From NCBI GenBank assembly GCA_003645825.1, contig QNCQ01000001.1, forward strand, positions 1 to 31,781: a DNA stretch of 31,781 nt, given 5' to 3'. Shown one piece after another: positions 19,809 to 27,806 of this stretch; the first letter of the stretch is position 1; each line of letters starts with the position of its first letter. The notes beneath the pieces were generated by a model that had not been told where the DNA came from, did not search any database, and saw nothing but the letters and a program-made list of their open reading frames with translations. This DNA comes from Fidelibacterota bacterium. Its GTDB lineage: Bacteria; Fidelibacterota; UBA2242; B5-G15. Position numbers and translations under genes: made by a program.

Positions 19809-20930
19809 ATGAGTATAAAAGTATTTGCTACCAAGGACATTCTAAATGACAGGTGGGCTATAAAGATTTTAGGGGAACACAGCCTCTCCTATGAATTAAT
19901 TGATTCTGAAGATGAGATCCATCAAATTTGCCCCGGGTCTGACCCCAAAACTTCAATTCTGTTGACCAGAAGCAAAGGCGAGGTAGTAAAAAACTGTCCC
20001 GGCACTCAGGAAAGTTATCTCTGTTGTGGTTATAAGGTAATAAATCAAACTCTTAATTGTCCGATGGAATGTACATATTGTATCTTACAGTACTATCTGA
20101 ATCAACCCGCAACGGTTGTATACACTGACTTCGATAGAATTTTTTCCCAGGTAGACAGTTTGCTGAAAAATTCAGAGGGGAAAATATTAAGAATTGGAAC
20201 AGGCGAGCTGAGTGATAGCCTTGCTTTGCCTGGCTCTATTATTTTTGCTCGAGAGGCTATAAAATTTTTCTCATCTAAAAAGGACGTTTTCTTTGAATTA
20301 AAAACGAAAACAGTAAATGTAAATTCCCTGATAGGAATACACCATGGTGATAATATTGTAATATCATGGTCTCTCAACCCAGATCCAGTAATTGCAAAGG
20401 AAGAGAAAAAAGCATCGAGTCTTCGCAGTCGTATAGACTCTGCAAGAAAAGCTATGGAGGATGGGTATCTGGTGGGGTTCCATTTCGATCCTATTATACT
20501 CCACAACGGCTGGGAAGAAAATTACCGAGAAATAGTTCATTTGATATATGAAAACATTCCGCCTGAGAGAATAGCGTGGATCAGTCTTGGAAGCCTGAGG
20601 TTTCCTCCAACTACAAAGGAAAAGATTGCGCGAAGACATCCGGAAACCAGGATTATTTTTCAGGAAATGATTAAAGGGCTTGATGGGAAGTTGAGATACC
20701 CACGACCATTGCGGGTAAAGATGTACAGACTTATCTTCGAAGAGCTAAAGAAGGTTGATAACCCTCCGTTCATTTACTTCTGTATGGAAAGTCAAAGTGT
20801 CTGGAAAGATGTGACAGGAATTACTCCACAAAACAACAAGAATTTCGAGTTTATTTTTGCCAGGAGCCTCTTCGAGAGGTTTCCCGAACTAAAGCTAACG
20901 CCACCACGAGAGGAAATTTATCTGAGGTAG
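19809..20930 (+). CDS. Spore-photoproduct-lyase-like radical SAM protein
   Basis: C84-xxx-C88-xx-C91; colinear with SplB (ELKTK, SWSLN, SLRSRIDSA, GFHFDPII, GWEENY, KLRY); extra C63, C72, C73. Confidence 0.88.
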   Translation: MSIKVFATKDILNDRWAIKILGEHSLSYELIDSEDEIHQICPGSDPKTSILLTRSKGEVVKNCPGTQESYLCCGYKVINQTLNCPMECTYCILQYYLNQPATVVYTDFDRIFSQVDSLLKNSEGKILRIGTGELSDSLALPGSIIFAREAIKFFSSKKDVFFELKTKTVNVNSLIGIHHGDNIVISWSLNPDPVIAKEEKKASSLRSRIDSARKAMEDGYLVGFHFDPIILHNGWEENYREIVHLIYENIPPERIAWISLGSLRFPPTTKEKIARRHPETRIIFQEMIKGLDGKLRYPRPLRVKMYRLIFEELKKVDNPPFIYFCMESQSVWKDVTGITPQNNKNFEFIFARSLFERFPELKLTPPREEIYLR

Positions 20931-21503
20931 TTAGAGTTTTATACCAAATCTCCTTTTCAAATTCTCATCCCCAAGCAATCTATCTGCTATGAGAACACCG
21001 ATTATGGTTTTAGAATCCTTTATATCCCCGGCAAAAATTCTCTCCACCGCTTCAGAGATAGACATTTTCATAACCTCTATGTTTTCATCTGGATCAGGTC
21101 TTTCCCCAATGTAACTCAGCTCTTGCGCCCAGTAAACACAGAGGATTTCATTTGTATATCCAACAGAAGGATAAAAGCAAAGAAGCTCTACAAACCTATT
21201 GGCTCTGTACCCAGTTTCTTCTATCAACTCCCTTTCCACAGTGGCGATAGAGTCTTCTCCAGTATCGATCTTACCAGCAGGAAGCTCAACAGTCACTTCT
21301 CTAACGGGATATCTATACTGTCTCACGAATATTAGTTCACCGTCTCCAACATAGGGTATGACAACAGCCGCTCCGGGGTGCTTTATATACTCTCTTACGG
21401 CAGTTCTGCCAGATGGTAATAAGACTTCGTCCACGTAGACATCAAGCAACTTGCCCTTGAAAATATTTCTAGACGATTTTGTTTTTTCTACAAATTCTTT
21501 CAT
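20931..21503 (-). CDS. nudF: NUDIX hydrolase, ADP-ribose pyrophosphatase-like
   Basis: Complete Nudix box GKIDTGEDSIATVERELIEETGY; REYIKHPGA, QYRYP, ELPAG. Start reassigned to ATG 21503 (GGGAG SD); the 62-codon extension in the ORF track is not credible. Confidence 0.88.
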   Translation of the reverse strand: MKEFVEKTKSSRNIFKGKLLDVYVDEVLLPSGRTAVREYIKHPGAAVVIPYVGDGELIFVRQYRYPVREVTVELPAGKIDTGEDSIATVERELIEETGYRANRFVELLCFYPSVGYTNEILCVYWAQELSYIGERPDPDENIEVMKMSISEAVERIFAGDIKDSKTIIGVLIADRLLGDENLKRRFGIKL

Positions 21504-21542
21504 GGTACTCCCTGTAATTCTGACGTTATCAAAAGTATATAT

Positions 21543-21632
21543 GAGGAGGATGACCGTAGCGGGAGGAGATCCCAAGGAAGGAGGGAGGCTTGGATTATAA
21601 GAGGCAAAACCGTCCTCAAGGTCATCCCCCTC
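21543..21632. ncRNA. Candidate structured RNA of unknown class (nudF leader or sRNA)
   Basis: 13-bp terminal inverted repeat with one G-U-type mismatch (21543-21555 and 21620-21632) enclosing two further hairpins; markedly GC-richer than the flanks; TAAAAT lies just upstream on the minus strand. Confidence 0.5.
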
Positions 21633-21791
21633 GTGGAAACAAATTTTAAGTTCAAATATCAGTAGTAATATAAGAATTAGCCGGCACAATTACATTGAAA
21701 ATATGAGCGCACCTACATTTGAACTTGTAGCCGAATTCTCTGTAATGGAAACTGTAAAAAACAGAAGTTTTCGCCCGTTGTTGTTTATTCA

Positions 21792-21820
21792 TTGCTGATT
21801 TTCAATTTTTAACTTATTTT
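21792..21820 (+). promoter_or_regulatory. Predicted promoter of the K+ channel gene
   Basis: TTGCTG-N17-TATTTT. Confidence 0.3.
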
Positions 21821-21844
21821 AGACAGGTAAATCTATATTGTACT

Positions 21845-22858
21845 ATGAGAAATTCTAAGGAGTCTCTTAAGCACATCAGAATTTCCATATTGCTTGTAGC
21901 TCTCGTGTTAGTTATAGGGACAGTTGGATATATATTAATCGAAGGCTGGAATCTGATTGACTCTTTTTATATGACCGTTATTTCAATAACCACTACAGGT
22001 TTTGCGGAAGTCAACCCCCTTAGTGCTACGGGGAAAATATTTACAGCCTTTCTCATCGTCATGGGCTTGACAACCATAGGATACACATTAGGACGTTTTA
22101 CTCAGTACTTCGTGGAAGAATATATTTTCAGGAGAAGAAGAATGAAAGAAAGAATAAAAAAGCTGAAAGATCACTACATAGTATGTGGTTTTGGAAGAAT
22201 GGGAAAACAGATCTGCAAGGAGTTAGCAGAAAGCGACATTGATTTTGTGGTGATAGAAAACAATCCAGAAAAGATAGAAGAACTGAAAGACTCAGGCTAT
22301 CCACTTATAGAGGGAGATGCTACAGATGATGAGACTCTCAGGGAAGCGGGTATAGAAAGAGCAAAAGGGCTTGTGTCCGTTGTTGATAAAGATGCAGATA
22401 ATGTTTTTGTTACGCTTTCAGCAAGAGGATTGAATGATAAAATTCTTATAGTAACCCGCGCAATAAGCGAGAACACAGAGAAAAAGTTATACAAAGCTGG
22501 TGCAAATCGTGTAATAAAGCCTTACGAGCTTGGTGGGCACAGAATGGTTCAGATGCTACTACGACCGTACGTTGTAGATTTTATTGATATAATCGGGCGG
22601 AGAGCCAGTTATAATCTTGTCATGGAAGAAATCCCGATTAGAGAAAAGTCCTCTCTTGTGGGTTTAACTCTATCACAGACTCCAATAAGGAAAGAGTTAA
22701 ATATAATTGTGGTTGCAATATATTCTCCGGACGACAAATTCCATTATAACCCAGGCCCCAATACTCATATACATGTAGAGGATACTCTCATTGTTATCGG
22801 AGAGGAAAAAAACATAAAAAAACTAAAGGAAATTGCTTCCTCAGGAATTCAGGAATAG
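21845..22858 (+). CDS. Two-TM potassium channel with RCK (TrkA_N/TrkA_C) domains
   Basis: Pore helix DSFYMTVISITTTGFAEV; VCGFGRMG; GDATDDE; C-terminal TrkA_C with GDTL-like EDTLIVIG. Confidence 0.92.
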   Translation: MRNSKESLKHIRISILLVALVLVIGTVGYILIEGWNLIDSFYMTVISITTTGFAEVNPLSATGKIFTAFLIVMGLTTIGYTLGRFTQYFVEEYIFRRRRMKERIKKLKDHYIVCGFGRMGKQICKELAESDIDFVVIENNPEKIEELKDSGYPLIEGDATDDETLREAGIERAKGLVSVVDKDADNVFVTLSARGLNDKILIVTRAISENTEKKLYKAGANRVIKPYELGGHRMVQMLLRPYVVDFIDIIGRRASYNLVMEEIPIREKSSLVGLTLSQTPIRKELNIIVVAIYSPDDKFHYNPGPNTHIHVEDTLIVIGEEKNIKKLKEIASSGIQE

Positions 22859-22862
22859 ATAT

Positions 22863-24545
22863 TTATTTCTTGCTTCGGAAAATGTCCCACAACAGCTTAA
22901 TACCTATTATAAATGCAAGCACATATCCAGCCATGCCAATAAGCGGATAGCCCAGCACTTTTGGTCCTACGGGGAGCTGAATAACAAGCGAAGAACCTAT
23001 GATGAGAGCTGCAATTACTAAAGCAGAAGCAAGTCTATTACTGGATCGGTTTAGCTCACTTATAAGATTCTCGAGGTTCCTGTGCTCAAACTGAATCGAA
23101 AATTGCCCGGAAGATGCTTTTGATAAGATGGAACGCATTTTCCCAGGGAAATCCTCCATTAAAAGAGCAAGGTCATCTATATTAGTGAATCCTTTTTTAA
23201 GTTTCACAAATGGATTGTATCTTCTTTTTATGATCTCTGTAACAAAAGGTTTAATTTCATCCAGCACTTTCAGTTCCGGATAGAGCATTCTTGCTAAACC
23301 TTCAGCTGTAACAAGCGCCCTTGACATGAGGGACAGCCTGGTTGAGACCTTAAGCTTAAAAGAGTATGCCAGATTAAATATTTCTGAAGCTATATCCTCT
23401 ATGCTATAGGTATCAAGCCGGGATCCAGAGAAGTTGCTTATAAGTTCTCCAATTTCGGCCTTCAGCGCGGGTACATCAGTTGAGGAACTTATCATATCCA
23501 TACGCTCCATTGCCCGAATAATTATCTTCGGATCGTTTTTCACAAATCCTTTGAGCATGTCTGCTATAAAGTCTATCATCTCAGCATCAACGTATCCGAC
23601 GATTCCAAAGTCAAGAGGAACAATTACATTGTCGCCTATAACCAATATGTTCCCTCCGTGGGGGTCGGCATGAAATAGCCCCAATTCGAATATTTGTCTG
23701 AAACTCAGTCTGACGCCGCGCTTCGCGATGATTTCAGGATCAAATCCTTCTTCCAGCAATCTCTCTTTATCAGAAGCCTTTATCCCTTCAACATACTCCA
23801 TTACGAGAATTTTATCACTGCTCAACCAGTGATAGTAGCGAGGAACATAGACCGTTCTATCTCCAGAAAAGAATTCTCTGAACCGCTCTATGGTTCTCCC
23901 TTCCCGAAGAAAGTTTAGTTCCCGATGTATAACCTTGTCGAATTCTTTTACTACCTCGACAGGGTCAACTGGTATCTGATCTTTCAGATATTTTTTTGCC
24001 ACCCGGGCGATATCACTCAGTATTTCAATATCAATCTCCACTTGTCTCCTTATTCCTGGCCGTTGAACCTTCAGAACCACCTCGTCACCGGTCTTGAGAG
24101 TGGCTTTGTGTACCTGAGCAATGGAAGCGGAGGCGATTGGCTTTTCTTCAATCCTGCTCAGACATCCCGCAAGTTTGCCGTTACCTTCTGATTCAATTGA
24201 AGCCAGGATCTGTTCAAAGGGTATAGGATTCACTCTGTCCTGGAGTTTTTGTAATTCTGCTATGTATTCAGGAGGCAAAAGGTCAGGCCTCATGCTCAAA
24301 GTCTGGCCGGCTTTTATAAAAGTTGGCCCTAACTCCTCGAATACCAGCCTGAGTCTTTCTGCTCTTGACGCAGTTTTTGTAAGCGTGGTTCTTAGTCTCG
24401 GTACAAATTTCTCACCAAACCGGGTTATCAAATCATTACTGATGACATTTACGACATCAGAAAATCCGTATTTTACGAGAATTCCTAATATCTGTCTATA
24501 TCTTCTAAGGTGTTTCCACGTCTTCGGGATGGAGGTTAGTTTCAT
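22863..24545 (-). CDS. ubiB: UbiB/AarF/ABC1 atypical kinase with C-terminal TM helices
   Basis: LGPTFIKAGQ, ASASIAQVH, VLKVQRP, FHADPHGGN, LDFG. Confidence 0.92.
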   Translation of the reverse strand: MKLTSIPKTWKHLRRYRQILGILVKYGFSDVVNVISNDLITRFGEKFVPRLRTTLTKTASRAERLRLVFEELGPTFIKAGQTLSMRPDLLPPEYIAELQKLQDRVNPIPFEQILASIESEGNGKLAGCLSRIEEKPIASASIAQVHKATLKTGDEVVLKVQRPGIRRQVEIDIEILSDIARVAKKYLKDQIPVDPVEVVKEFDKVIHRELNFLREGRTIERFREFFSGDRTVYVPRYYHWLSSDKILVMEYVEGIKASDKERLLEEGFDPEIIAKRGVRLSFRQIFELGLFHADPHGGNILVIGDNVIVPLDFGIVGYVDAEMIDFIADMLKGFVKNDPKIIIRAMERMDMISSSTDVPALKAEIGELISNFSGSRLDTYSIEDIASEIFNLAYSFKLKVSTRLSLMSRALVTAEGLARMLYPELKVLDEIKPFVTEIIKRRYNPFVKLKKGFTNIDDLALLMEDFPGKMRSILSKASSGQFSIQFEHRNLENLISELNRSSNRLASALVIAALIIGSSLVIQLPVGPKVLGYPLIGMAGYVLAFIIGIKLLWDIFRSKK

Positions 24546-24851
24546 TTAGCCGGTCTTTTTGTGTTCCACCTTGCGATGTTTTTCTATCTGTTTTTTTAAA
24601 TCGTCTATCTCCTGGCGGGTTGGGACATCCAAAGTTTCAAGGACCTTTCTAACTTCTTTTTTTATAAACTCTCTTGTTTCAGCCTTTTTTTCCTCGGCCA
24701 CTTTGAGCAGACTTTCCACGAGGGATTTTTTTTCTTCGGCAGCTACCTCTCCTTTTTTGACAAGTTCATCCACTATCTCTTCAGCCTTTTCCCTGGTAAT
24801 GCTTAAAGCTCCCAGTCCCGCCAGATATAATTTTTTTAAAATTCCGACCAT
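24546..24851 (-). CDS. Phasin-family (PhaI/PhaF-like) small helical protein
   Basis: LAGLGALSITREKAEEIVDELVKKGE and LDVPTRQEIDDL; ATG 24851 with GGAGG 5 nt upstream; stop abuts the ubiB start. Confidence 0.8.
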   Translation of the reverse strand: MVGILKKLYLAGLGALSITREKAEEIVDELVKKGEVAAEEKKSLVESLLKVAEEKKAETREFIKKEVRKVLETLDVPTRQEIDDLKKQIEKHRKVEHKKTG

Positions 24852-24877
24852 GACGACCTCCACACTTTTTCTTAATT

Positions 24878-24906
24878 AATTTATCCAGTATTTTCAGATA
24901 TTGCAA
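24878..24906 (-). promoter_or_regulatory. Predicted promoter of phasin-ubiB
   Basis: TTGCAA-N17-TAAATT. Confidence 0.5.
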
Positions 24907-25383
24907 ACTATGATTCTCTGTCTAAACCTACTGCCATAATTCTGCTGTATCAGGTGACAAGTTATTTTACGCAGTTTTTAACGTTTTCTGTCTGCCCAGA
25001 TCTCTTTCTGGCCATTAGCCCACCACAGACAAAGGGAACCATCTCATTACCGTGTTGAAAGTTTAAATGATCACTGACACCAGATGCCCATATCCTGTAT
25101 GAAATGAGTTCGATTTCGAAACAAAACCATTCTTTTGCATCCAGCAATGCCTGTAACTCCCAGAGACAAAGCGTTTGGTGAATTTCAAGAAATATCCTCA
25201 TTTTATCTCTGTAATGAATAACCTGAGAAACACATGAGCTCAAGATTTTTAATAAAACGACCAAAGCTAACACATGGCTCAGCCTCACGGAAAAATGAAA
25301 CTCACAACTTAGTCTTAGAACACCAGAGCGTTCGGACATTAGGCCATGTTTTTTATTGCCGATTTGGGGGTAGAACAAAAATA

Positions 25384-25412
25384 TTGTCTTTTAATACATT
25401 TTTCCCTACTAT
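25384..25412 (+). promoter_or_regulatory. Possible promoter of the trehalase gene
   Basis: TTGTCT-N17-TACTAT, about 225 nt upstream of the ATG. Confidence 0.3.
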
Positions 25413-25637
25413 CCAAGTTATAGAAATGTGTAAAAAGGAGCTTTTTACACCACATGATACACCTCTGGAAATTGCAAGAAAATGCATAATACAAAGATTA
25501 ATCCCTGATGGCTACTTGGAATCCAGTACAGGGACCTCAAAAAATATCTTCTATGATACAGGTTTTCCCGCTCCTCTCTCAACGGTTAGAGAAATATCAA
25601 AAAACTTTATTTTCAAAAAATATTGGGGTGAATAACC

Positions 25638-27632
25638 ATGCTTTACATGAAAAATAGGCCTCTAACTGTTTGCATTTTAGGAATCATTCTGATGATTCAT
25701 GTTTGTGCTCTGACAGCCTCAGATGGGATACAACTAGATGTGATTACTAACCTATATCGTCTTCTACAAGAAGAAGACACTGATGGCGATAAAAAGATTA
25801 CAATTAACGACCACTACATCGCTGGCGAAAAGGGCAACAAAAAATTTTGGTTGATAGACATTAATGGCAAAAAATATGAAGTCTGTGGAACATACTTTCT
25901 TTCAAACCTACTTCAAGAACTGAAATTAATGGAAGAAAAGGGCTACAGAATTGCCAGCCTGAAGCGAGACCGTATTTACGAAAGTCCTGTTCACCGCATC
26001 TCAAGACTGATAAGGGACTCTTACTGGAGAGGACTAACAAGAAAAATCAGCGAAGAAAGTCTACCTTCAATAATAAAAGACCCCAAAGTTAGCACAAAAG
26101 ATAATTTCCGGTATATCTACGTACCTTATGATGATTCCTTAGCATTCAATTATTATCAAGATATATCAAAAATACATCCAGAATTAAGGCTGAAGGTTTT
26201 ATTTCTGCCAAAGCTGATTACTCCAGAATGGGTCCGTAACCTCGATGGGTATCACGGTTTACTATCCCTTGCATTAAAGTGTAATGAAGATGGAAAACTG
26301 GAAGCCGTACCATACGTAGTTCCCGGTGGCAGATTCAACGAAATGTACGGGTGGGATAGTTATTTTATATTGCTCGGACTCATATCCGATGAGAAAATTG
26401 AACTGGCGAAAGCAATGGTAGATAATTTTGTATATGAGATAAATCACTATGGGAAGATCCTCAACGCCAACAGGACATACTATCTCACACGCTCACAGCC
26501 ACCTTTTTTAACTTCTATGGCCCGTGCCGTTTATGAAAAGTTACCCCATAACCCCGAGAACAAAAAATGGCTGAGAAAAGTTCTCTCCGCAGCTATTAAG
26601 GAATATTATAATGTCTGGATGGGTGAAAAAAGATTAACCAGGACAGGCTTAAGCCGGTATTATGGCGAAGGTTTCGGTCCCCCACCTGAAGTTGAGCCAG
26701 GTCATTTCAATGTAGTATATGCCCGCTATGCCAGAAGGTATAGTATGAATATCAAAGATTTCGAAGAAGCATACAGGAATGGTAAAATTAAAGATCCGGA
26801 GCTGTTTAGCTTCTTCAAACACGATAGAGCTATGAGAGAATCAGGTCATGATAAAACGTACAGATGGGATGACCGCTGCGCAGATTTTGTAACTGTGGAT
26901 TTAAACTCGCTCCTATACGGAACAGAAATGGACATTGCCCAGACTATAAAAGAGGTTTTCAAAGATTCGTTGGTGCTGGAAAGCGGGAAAGTAGAGAAAA
27001 GCTCAACCTGGTTTGAAAGGGCTAAGAAAAGGAGAAAATTAATCAACAAATACCTTTGGGATAGTGAATACGGATTATTCTTTGACCACGATATTGTAAA
27101 CAATCAAAGGAAGGTTTATATATCGGCCACTGTTTTTTACCCCCTCTGGGCGGGATTGGCTACTAAAGAACAGGCTGAATTGATAGTTGAAAATGCCACA
27201 CCCTTTCTGGAAATGCCCGGTGGGCTTGCTGCTTCCAGTAAGGAGTCAAGAGGAGAAATCTCCATAACCCGCCCGCAGAGGCAATGGGACTACCCCTATG
27301 GATGGGCTCCTCATCAGATAATGGCCTGGATAGGTTTGATAAATTACGGCTACGGCGAAATCGCCTGCAGGCTAGCATACCGATGGCTTTACACCATCAC
27401 AAGGAATGCCGTCGATTTTAATGGAACTATTACTGAAAAATACAACGTCGTTAAAAGAACCCACCAGGTTTTTGTTGAATACGGAAACGTAGGAACAAAG
27501 TTTTCCTATATCACAAAGGAAGGTTTTGGCTGGACAAATGCAAGCTATCAGATAGGAATTAAACTACTACCAGAGGATTTATATAAAAAATTGGAAAACT
27601 TAATCCCCCCGGAGTGGATCTGGGGCTATTAA
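25638..27632 (+). CDS. Alpha,alpha-trehalase GH37, neutral (Nth1-like) type with Ca-binding motif and signal peptide
   Basis: PGGRFNEMYGWDSY, NANRTYYLTRSQPP, RESGHD (acid Asp), QWDYPYGWAPHQ, TEKYNV (base Glu), EGFGWTNAS; LLQEEDTDGDKKITIND Ca motif. Confidence 0.93.
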   Translation: MLYMKNRPLTVCILGIILMIHVCALTASDGIQLDVITNLYRLLQEEDTDGDKKITINDHYIAGEKGNKKFWLIDINGKKYEVCGTYFLSNLLQELKLMEEKGYRIASLKRDRIYESPVHRISRLIRDSYWRGLTRKISEESLPSIIKDPKVSTKDNFRYIYVPYDDSLAFNYYQDISKIHPELRLKVLFLPKLITPEWVRNLDGYHGLLSLALKCNEDGKLEAVPYVVPGGRFNEMYGWDSYFILLGLISDEKIELAKAMVDNFVYEINHYGKILNANRTYYLTRSQPPFLTSMARAVYEKLPHNPENKKWLRKVLSAAIKEYYNVWMGEKRLTRTGLSRYYGEGFGPPPEVEPGHFNVVYARYARRYSMNIKDFEEAYRNGKIKDPELFSFFKHDRAMRESGHDKTYRWDDRCADFVTVDLNSLLYGTEMDIAQTIKEVFKDSLVLESGKVEKSSTWFERAKKRRKLINKYLWDSEYGLFFDHDIVNNQRKVYISATVFYPLWAGLATKEQAELIVENATPFLEMPGGLAASSKESRGEISITRPQRQWDYPYGWAPHQIMAWIGLINYGYGEIACRLAYRWLYTITRNAVDFNGTITEKYNVVKRTHQVFVEYGNVGTKFSYITKEGFGWTNASYQIGIKLLPEDLYKKLENLIPPEWIWGY

Positions 27633-27806
27633 AAACGGCAGATCCGCCGAACTCGCTAACAAAAACACAGCTCTAAACTTATCATCCGATTTCTATAACC
27701 TATTTTCCACTCCGGGACTCATCTTATTCTTCTTGAACAACAGTTTTTGTTTCTCTTTACCCTCAGGTCTTCTTAAGTTTTGCTGTATTTGTGAAATACG
27801 GATACA

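Noticed and set aside
19809-20930. Calling the radical SAM gene splB
   Set aside because: The C141 and Y99 equivalents are missing and the context is not sporulation-related; kept as SPL-like.
21543-21632. SRP 4.5S RNA, 6S RNA, purine, c-di-AMP, c-di-GMP, fluoride or ykkC riboswitch
   Set aside because: Partial look-alikes exist (GGAAGG, UAUAAUCC, GGCAAAACC), but the defining conserved cores are absent and it is too short for 6S.
21504-21689. 62-aa N-terminal extension of the NUDIX ORF in the track
   Set aside because: It runs through the structured element, has a low-complexity Pro/Ser/Leu composition, and a good SD precedes ATG 21503.
24962-25635. ORFs 24962-25378 (-) and 25234-25635 (+) as genes
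   Set aside because: They overlap each other, lack clear SD sites and motifs, and have atypical composition; noted only as unexplained DNA.
27637-27650. CGGC-AGATCC-GCCG hairpin after the trehalase stop as a terminator
   Set aside because: Only 4 bp and no downstream U-run.
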